DNA from: Candidatus Heimdallarchaeota archaeon | Lineage (GTDB): Archaea; Asgardarchaeota; Heimdallarchaeia; Heimdallarchaeales; Heimdallarchaeaceae | DNA length: 12,261 nucleotides | Direction of reading: 5' to 3' | Assembly (NCBI GenBank): GCA_018238545.1 | Contig: JABCTC010000068.1 | Location: forward strand, 1-12,261 | Shown: one piece after another, positions 7,478 to 12,261 of the stretch | How the letters are laid out: the number at the start of each line of letters is the position of its first letter | Position numbering within the stretch: the stretch's first letter is position 1 | Notes under the pieces: model-generated | Database searches by the model: none | Told to the model about the DNA's origin: nothing | Seen by the model: only the letters and a program-made list of their open reading frames with translations | Made by a program: the position numbers and the translations under genes

Positions 7478-7498
7478 ATGTCGGAAATTGTCCTACAT
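7478..7498. promoter_or_regulatory. Second palindromic operator-like site (one mismatch)
   Basis: ATGTCGG AAATTGT CCTACAT, just downstream of the TATA box and reaching the expected transcription start. Confidence 0.7.
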
Positions 7499-7523
7499 AG
7501 AAACAAAATTCCGGTGAAAAAAA

Positions 7524-7715
7524 TTGAAGCAAAACGAAATAAAAAAACTGCTTGACCACGAGCTAAGAAAGATCTACGAAGACTTGGAGGAAATAACCTT
7601 GACATTGACATTGAGGTTATCAAGCTACAAGGAATACAAAGATCCCTTCAAGCTTCATTCTTTTTCAGATGGTTTTTTGGAATCTAACCTGCGAAGTTCA
7701 AACAAACTAAGGTGA
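7524..7715 (+). CDS. Hypothetical microprotein A (63 aa), N-terminal amphipathic/coiled-coil helix
   Basis: TTG start 6 nt after SD GGTGA (7513-7517). Its stop TGA is part of the next gene's SD. The N-terminus aligns without gaps to microprotein B. Confidence 0.65.
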   Translation: MKQNEIKKLLDHELRKIYEDLEEITLTLTLRLSSYKEYKDPFKLHSFSDGFLESNLRSSNKLR

Positions 7716-7720
7716 AACAA

Positions 7721-7867
7721 ATGAAAAGTTACGAACTAGATAAATATTTGGATCAACAAATAAGTGCACTCGAAAGCGAGTTGAAAAGGCTAAAAAGAGC
7801 CCGACGTGCTAGACGAGCAAATGCTCAAGCTAGCTTCAAATTTGGGGGAAATCCTATCACAGGATGA
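7721..7867 (+). CDS. Hypothetical microprotein B (48 aa), leucine-zipper-like helix plus Arg-rich segment; not in the ORF track
   Basis: SD AAGGTGA 5 nt before the ATG. Translation: MKSYELDKYLDQQISALESELKRLKRARRARRANAQASFKFGGNPITG*. Confidence 0.75.
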   Translation: MKSYELDKYLDQQISALESELKRLKRARRARRANAQASFKFGGNPITG

Positions 7868-7880
7868 TCCCCTTTTTTTT
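7845..7880 (+). terminator. Hairpin plus T8 tract (terminator/attenuator-like)
   Basis: GGGGA-A-ATCCT-(ATCAC)-AGGAT-GA-TCCCC followed by eight T residues (7873-7880). Confidence 0.55.
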
Positions 7881-7893
7881 AAGGTGATAACAA

Positions 7894-8151
7894 ATGGCAA
7901 CAAAAATACAAACAAAAACCGAATTCATTACAATCTTCAACAATTTGAAAACTTTATACAGTTTCGAATTTGTTGATGAAGAAACATTCAATGCTTTTCT
8001 GAAACAAGTTGCAGAAAATCTTCTAGCAACAAATGTAGAAGAAATGCCTGATGAAACCGAAATTAAGACACAAGATATAAGTAAAGAGGTCAGAAAAACC
8101 AAAGATATAGCTTTAAAGAATAAGCTGATGTATTTTGGTTCTTTCAATTAA
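7894..8151 (+). CDS. Hypothetical microprotein C (85 aa)
   Basis: SD AAGGTGA followed by ATG. The leader TAAGGTGATAACAAATG is almost identical to that of microprotein B (TAAGGTGAAACAAATG). A terminator-like tract follows. Confidence 0.8.
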   Translation: MATKIQTKTEFITIFNNLKTLYSFEFVDEETFNAFLKQVAENLLATNVEEMPDETEIKTQDISKEVRKTKDIALKNKLMYFGSFN

Positions 8152-8167
8152 ATTTTTAGAGGTGACT

Positions 8168-8196
8168 AAGAGCTGATCTCTTCTTCCTTTTTCTTT
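8168..8196 (+). terminator. Short hairpin plus pyrimidine/T tract after microprotein C
   Basis: AAGAG-CTGAT-CTCTT followed by CTTCCTTTTTCTTT. Confidence 0.45.
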
Positions 8197-8486
8197 AACT
8201 TGAACTCTAACTGTTTCATATGTTCAAGTCAACAATTAATATTTCTCAAGGATTACGCTGATAAAATATTATTGAAACACCTGCCTACACCCATATATCT
8301 GTCCATCAGGAATCAGAATGGTTTGGAAAAAAAACTGCTCTTACTAATTCTCCCTTTGATAAGTAATGTCCCTGACCGTTCTGATTCCACTATATCCTCT
8401 TTGCTTCTAATTATGCAGCTAATACTAGAAAAACCCTCTCTTGTCACTAATTATAATATTACCAAAGAAATAAAGGAGGTGAAAAA

Positions 8487-8642
8487 ATGAGAAAAATTAG
8501 TTCTGATGCATTAAGAAGACTGTTAAAAAACAAGGCCATTATAAATCTGTCAAGATTCTTAATCATACTTGTTTCAGTATCAGCAGTATTCTACGCAGCA
8601 TTAGCATCAATATCAATAATTTATTATTTTGGAGCATATTAA
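8487..8642 (+). CDS. Hypothetical microprotein D (51 aa), basic N-terminus and single C-terminal TM helix; not in the ORF track
   Basis: Extended SD AGGAGGTGA 4 nt before the ATG. Translation: MRKISSDALRRLLKNKAIINLSRFLIILVSVSAVFYAALASISIIYYFGAY*. Confidence 0.75.
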   Translation: MRKISSDALRRLLKNKAIINLSRFLIILVSVSAVFYAALASISIIYYFGAY

Positions 8643-8674
8643 TCTGAGCTCCTTCTTCTCTTTTTTCTTTTTTT
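8631..8674 (+). terminator. GGAGC/GCTCC stem plus T tract after microprotein D
   Basis: GGAGC (8631-8635) pairs with GCTCC (8648-8652), followed by TTCTTCTCTTTTTTCTTTTTTT. Confidence 0.45.
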
Positions 8675-8741
8675 AGGTCGTTTTTGCAGAAATCTTTTAT
8701 TATACTTGCTCTAAAGTTAGTTTACAATAAGGTGTAGTAGC

Positions 8742-11048
8742 ATGTCCACTCCCCCTAAAAATGAGCTGATTTTTGTTGAGAAATTGCTTAGAGAAGGGAA
8801 ATTGGATGAAGCGTTACAATTGGCAAGAGATTTGGAAAATGTAACAAATCTTGATATAAATGATAAAATGGAAGCTAAAACCTTACAATTAGAGGTTCTA
8901 TTTTTACAAAATGATCATGAACATGTATTAAAATTGGCTGATATTATAATTAATTTAAGCAATGAATTAAATTTGCCTTTTCATAGACTTGATGGTCTTA
9001 GTTTCAAAGTTATGTCTCTTAGAATCTTGAAGAAATTCAAGGAAAGAGATGATGTTATTAAACAACTTGAACTTTCTCTCGAGCGTGTTAGAAACGATGA
9101 AGATGCTCAATTCATTAAACGTAAAATTTATTATCACAAGATTAAAGGTAGCGAATTCCTGGAGATATTTGAGTTTGAACAGTCTCTAGAATCATATAAC
9201 AGAGCACTGTCTCTCAATGAGAAACTTAACAATATGTATCAAAATGCAATGATAATAAATTCTATTGCCGATGTGTATTTTTACTATGGTCATTTAGACG
9301 TAGCATTGCAAAATTATGAGACAAGTTTGTCAATTTCAAAAGAACTAGGGTATAAGTCAATTGAGGCATCAGTATATCATATGTTAGCAGGATTAAAATT
9401 CAAAGAAGATCAACTTAAAAAAGCATTAGAATATGAAATGAAAAGTGGAGAAATATTTAGAAAATTAAATGATAAATACAATTTAGCTTTTAACCGCCAG
9501 TACTTAGGATACATATATCGAGGATTAGGTGAACTCGATAAATCTCTGGAGTGTCTTTTGAGTGCAAGAGATTATTTCAAGAAAATTGGTCACACTGCAC
9601 GTGAAATTAATGTACTAATAAACATCATAGGGTTCTATAAATCTCAAGGCGAATATGATAAAGCTCTTTCATCTTTAGATACGTACTATAAATTGAATGC
9701 AGAAATGCAAGATCAACATTGTTTGGGGATTGCTCATCATTGGTATGGAATGCTTTATTCAGATAAAGGTGAATTAAATCAAGCTCTGGAACACTACGAA
9801 AAATCCTTAGAGATACTTCAGAATTTTAAATCTCTTGATACACTTGGTCATCTCTACTTTAGCCTCGGGGAATTACATCTTAAGAAGGGTGATTTGGATA
9901 AGTCACTTGAGTATCATTTACTCTCTCTTGAATTCAAAGAGAAGATGCAAATGGGTGATAAATTGAGTCAGATAGCCTCTTCTCTAAAATGTTTAATAGA
10001 TTTATATCTAATTTTAGAAGAATATGAATTAGCTGTGGACTATCTTGATCGATTAGAAATTCTTGCTTCGGAAACTGATAATCTAATAATAGAAAGCCTT
10101 TATCTTCTATCAAAATCTGTTTTGCTCAAGTTTCAAGGGACACCAGAAACGATTGCTGAATCCAAGCATATTTTGTCTCTCCTAGTAGATAAGAAACAAA
10201 TTGCACATAGTATTACAATAGACGCCATTTTGAACCTATGTGAATTACTGCTTGCTGAATTAGGCATAACCGAGGACATATCCCTACTTATGGATACGAA
10301 AGCGTTCATTCTCAAATTGATAACTATTGCTGCCGAACAAAATTTGTATCCTTTACTAGCCCAAACATATTTATTACAAGCTCAGCTATCACTTATGGAA
10401 ATCAAGATTGAAGATGCGAAATATTTTCTTTCAAAAGCTCAACAAATTGCAGAAGAACAAGGGTTAGAGCGTTTAGCTATTCAAATCTCTAATGAGTATG
10501 ATTCAATATTGGACAAACTTGATACATGGACTGATTTTACAATGAATCTTCCCAGAATCGCTGAAAAGTTAGAACTAACACATATTGAGCTAATGCTCAA
10601 TCAGATGATAAAGAAGAGACTGATAGACTTTGAAGACACAATAAAAGAGGAGGAGACTCCAAATTCATTTTTCATATTAAATTCATCTGGTACAATTCTT
10701 TTTTCTGAAACTTTTGACGATCAATTGGAAGGTCAAAATCTAGATCAGTTCTTAGAAATTTTAAGAGAACTTGAAAAAGAAGAAGCTCACGAAATGATAC
10801 AAAGAGATCGATTTCAAGAATTTACCTATCTTTCTAAAAAAATAGGTTCTTTCTTGTTCTGTTACATTTTTGTTGGAAAAGCATATGTAGGTATCAATAA
10901 GATGAAAAATTTCTTTACTGAAATTAAAAGCCCCTCTCCTATTAGAGACATGCTTGATGCTTCTGATTTCTCTGGTCAACCAATAAGTCTCCTTAATAAA
11001 ATGGCTATATCTCAAACAATAAACAACATTTTTTTGAAAAAAGGATAA
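8742..11048 (+). CDS. Tetratricopeptide-repeat protein with C-terminal longin-like domain
   Basis: Multiple ~40-aa TPR-like units (e.g. LGIAHHWYGMLYSDKGELNQALEHYEKSLEI and LGHLYFSLGELHLKKGDLDKSLEYHLLSLEF). The C-terminal pattern FFILNSSGTILFSETF...FTYLSKKIGSFLFCYIFVG fits a longin-type beta-beta-alpha-beta-beta-beta-alpha fold. SD AAGGTG. Confidence 0.88.
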   Translation: MSTPPKNELIFVEKLLREGKLDEALQLARDLENVTNLDINDKMEAKTLQLEVLFLQNDHEHVLKLADIIINLSNELNLPFHRLDGLSFKVMSLRILKKFKERDDVIKQLELSLERVRNDEDAQFIKRKIYYHKIKGSEFLEIFEFEQSLESYNRALSLNEKLNNMYQNAMIINSIADVYFYYGHLDVALQNYETSLSISKELGYKSIEASVYHMLAGLKFKEDQLKKALEYEMKSGEIFRKLNDKYNLAFNRQYLGYIYRGLGELDKSLECLLSARDYFKKIGHTAREINVLINIIGFYKSQGEYDKALSSLDTYYKLNAEMQDQHCLGIAHHWYGMLYSDKGELNQALEHYEKSLEILQNFKSLDTLGHLYFSLGELHLKKGDLDKSLEYHLLSLEFKEKMQMGDKLSQIASSLKCLIDLYLILEEYELAVDYLDRLEILASETDNLIIESLYLLSKSVLLKFQGTPETIAESKHILSLLVDKKQIAHSITIDAILNLCELLLAELGITEDISLLMDTKAFILKLITIAAEQNLYPLLAQTYLLQAQLSLMEIKIEDAKYFLSKAQQIAEEQGLERLAIQISNEYDSILDKLDTWTDFTMNLPRIAEKLELTHIELMLNQMIKKRLIDFEDTIKEEETPNSFFILNSSGTILFSETFDDQLEGQNLDQFLEILRELEKEEAHEMIQRDRFQEFTYLSKKIGSFLFCYIFVGKAYVGINKMKNFFTEIKSPSPIRDMLDASDFSGQPISLLNKMAISQTINNIFLKKG

Positions 11049-11061
11049 AAGTAAAAGAAAT

Positions 11062-11943
11062 TTATCTCTTTCTCTTACGTTTTAATAGAATTAATGCTGT
11101 AGTAACGGATAATAAAGCAAAGATACTAGGAATAGTACTTGTATCAGCATTGGCACACGAACAATCTTCACAGCCTGTAAAACTTTCTAATATAATTTCT
11201 GGATCCAGAACTAGAGCTGATTTGTATACATCTCCACCAACAGTTACTACCTGTACAACAAATATTTTATCACCGTCAACAAAATATTTCGAAGAACCAT
11301 CAATTTCTGCACCGTTAGCTATAATTTCTGTATTGATACAACCACAACAATAGTAATTTGTTAAATCAAAGAGTATTATAGGAACTCCTTCTCTCACATT
11401 CAAAGTGGTTTCAGATAAAATACTATTCTGACCACCTCCGCGTCCCCAACACTCATAAGAGTTACAGAAAGTAATGGTAGAAGCTGAAGCTAACAATTCT
11501 TCATTTTCTGCTTCAACTGTAATGTTATTGTGATCGCCTACTACAAACAAATCTGTACTGACATCAGCATCAAATGTATTTGCTTCAGGTTCTGTAGGAG
11601 CTGGCAAGGTATCACCGCCCTTACTCACGGGTGGAGGAAATGTAGTATAATTTGTATAACTCCATGTCACGTTGAATGTGCTAGTAGAGGAATTTAAATT
11701 GAATGGGTTACCAATCGCTGTCACTTCTGTTAAATTAGATTCTGCATCATAAACAAGAATTTTAACGATATTGTCAGTACTCATTTGAGTTATATTAAAA
11801 ATAATTATAGGAGCCGTCAAATCGGCATCTAAACCTCGAATGGGGCTAGGTTTATCCTCGACAGTAGCTTTTGAGGAATAGGCTGATGAAAGTAAAAGTG
11901 ATATGAACAGTAGTATAATTGCTATTTTGAACCGGATTTTCAT
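11062..11943 (-). CDS. Cys-rich secreted/cell-surface protein with Ig-like region and C-terminal membrane anchor (hypothetical)
   Basis: Signal peptide MKIRFKIAIILLFISLLLSSAYS and a DLTAP boundary typical of Ig-like domains. Eight Cys, including CCGC and CEDCSC. C-terminal IPSIFALLSVTTALILL followed by KRKRKR. TATA-like TTTAAGTA at 11970-11977 with no SD, so possibly leaderless. Confidence 0.8.
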   Translation of the reverse strand: MKIRFKIAIILLFISLLLSSAYSSKATVEDKPSPIRGLDADLTAPIIIFNITQMSTDNIVKILVYDAESNLTEVTAIGNPFNLNSSTSTFNVTWSYTNYTTFPPPVSKGGDTLPAPTEPEANTFDADVSTDLFVVGDHNNITVEAENEELLASASTITFCNSYECWGRGGGQNSILSETTLNVREGVPIILFDLTNYYCCGCINTEIIANGAEIDGSSKYFVDGDKIFVVQVVTVGGDVYKSALVLDPEIILESFTGCEDCSCANADTSTIPSIFALLSVTTALILLKRKRKR

Positions 11944-12261
11944 AGTAAATAAACAATTCGTGAACAGAATACTTAAACTTTACCTACTTTAGCCTAAAAG
12001 AGCGCCATGCCTTACTTATTGCTATAACAGATGTTACGTCAAACTAGCTGAATCATCTCTCAGTTGTAATAACAAAGTCTTTTAAAGCATCGGGGAAAAG
12101 AATAGTCAGAGATGAGGAAGATAAGATAAGAAAAATATTCTGTTTTTTCAACATTTCAGAAACTATGATATTAATTGAAAAGAATCAAACATTCGCAACA
12201 ATAATACTTGGTTTTGAATCATAACTAATTACAGATGAAACCAATGAAATTTCAAGATTAC

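Noticed and set aside
7437-7498. CRISPR-like repeat-spacer unit
   Set aside because: There are only two near-copies of 21 bp, separated by 20 bp that contain a TATA box, and no cas genes.
7845-7872. SECIS or selenocysteine read-through at the TGA of microprotein B
   Set aside because: The stem is short, contains the TGA itself, lacks a convincing SECIS core, and is better explained as a terminator.
7972-8022. Nif11-like RiPP leader resemblance in microprotein C (DEETFNAFLKQVAEN)
   Set aside because: The similarity is short and internal, C has no GG cleavage site or Cys-rich core, and no modifying enzyme or peptidase transporter is in the window.
7432-8147. Minus-strand ORFs 7432..7623 and 7857..8147
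   Set aside because: They are antisense to SD-supported + strand microproteins and run through the operator and terminator elements.
8158-8165. Orphan SD-like AGAGGTGA after microprotein C
   Set aside because: No start codon follows at usable spacing, and its own GTG frame stops after eight codons. It may instead pair with ATCTCT as part of the terminator.
8200-8490. 96-aa ORF from the track
   Set aside because: It has a TTG start directly after a terminator-like tract with no adjacent SD, and its end is the SD and start of microprotein D. It is probably intergenic, although the N-terminal CxxC means it cannot be fully excluded.
7524-11048. Proto-SNARE system (coiled-coil peptides, tail-anchored protein, TPR/longin)
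   Set aside because: The heptad segments are about 25 aa, far shorter than a ~60-aa SNARE motif, and protein D has no long coil before its TM helix.
10133-11353. ORFs 10133..10315, 10761..11015 and 11150..11353
   Set aside because: They are antisense shadows of the TPR and surface-protein genes.
11944-12261. Possible gene fragment at the right edge
   Set aside because: The + strand ATG at 12112 stops after five codons, and a short open minus-strand frame ending near 12185 is too short to support a call.

Overview
AT-rich archaeal DNA with TTTA(T/A)ATA TATA boxes and GGTGA/AGGAG Shine-Dalgarno motifs. The TPR+longin-like protein and C-terminally anchored surface proteins suggest Asgard archaea, probably Heimdallarchaeia; this is inference, not a database result. 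Left to right: (i) a family-5 ABC substrate-binding protein gene broken at about 95 by a GC-richer, structured segment; (ii) a DMT/EamA transporter; (iii) a surface-anchored protein; (iv) an operon of a GlcD/LctD-type FAD oxidoreductase, etfB and ferredoxin-fused etfA, probably an electron-bifurcating lactate dehydrogenase/Etf complex; (v) a C2HC zinc-finger-like protein divergent from four small ORFs (63, 48, 85 and 51 aa, two of them missing from the ORF track); (vi) a TPR-longin protein; (vii) a Cys-rich surface protein. The best candidate for an undescribed system is 6702-8642. There, repeated ATGTCGG-N7-CCGACAT palindromes sit next to both divergent TATA boxes, the first two microproteins share an ungapped 24-aa coiled-coil N-terminus, and the last three end near an FG motif followed by hairpin/U-tract elements. 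The second candidate is the 1-98 junction, where a hairpin loop is perfectly complementary to the sequence at the gene breakpoint.
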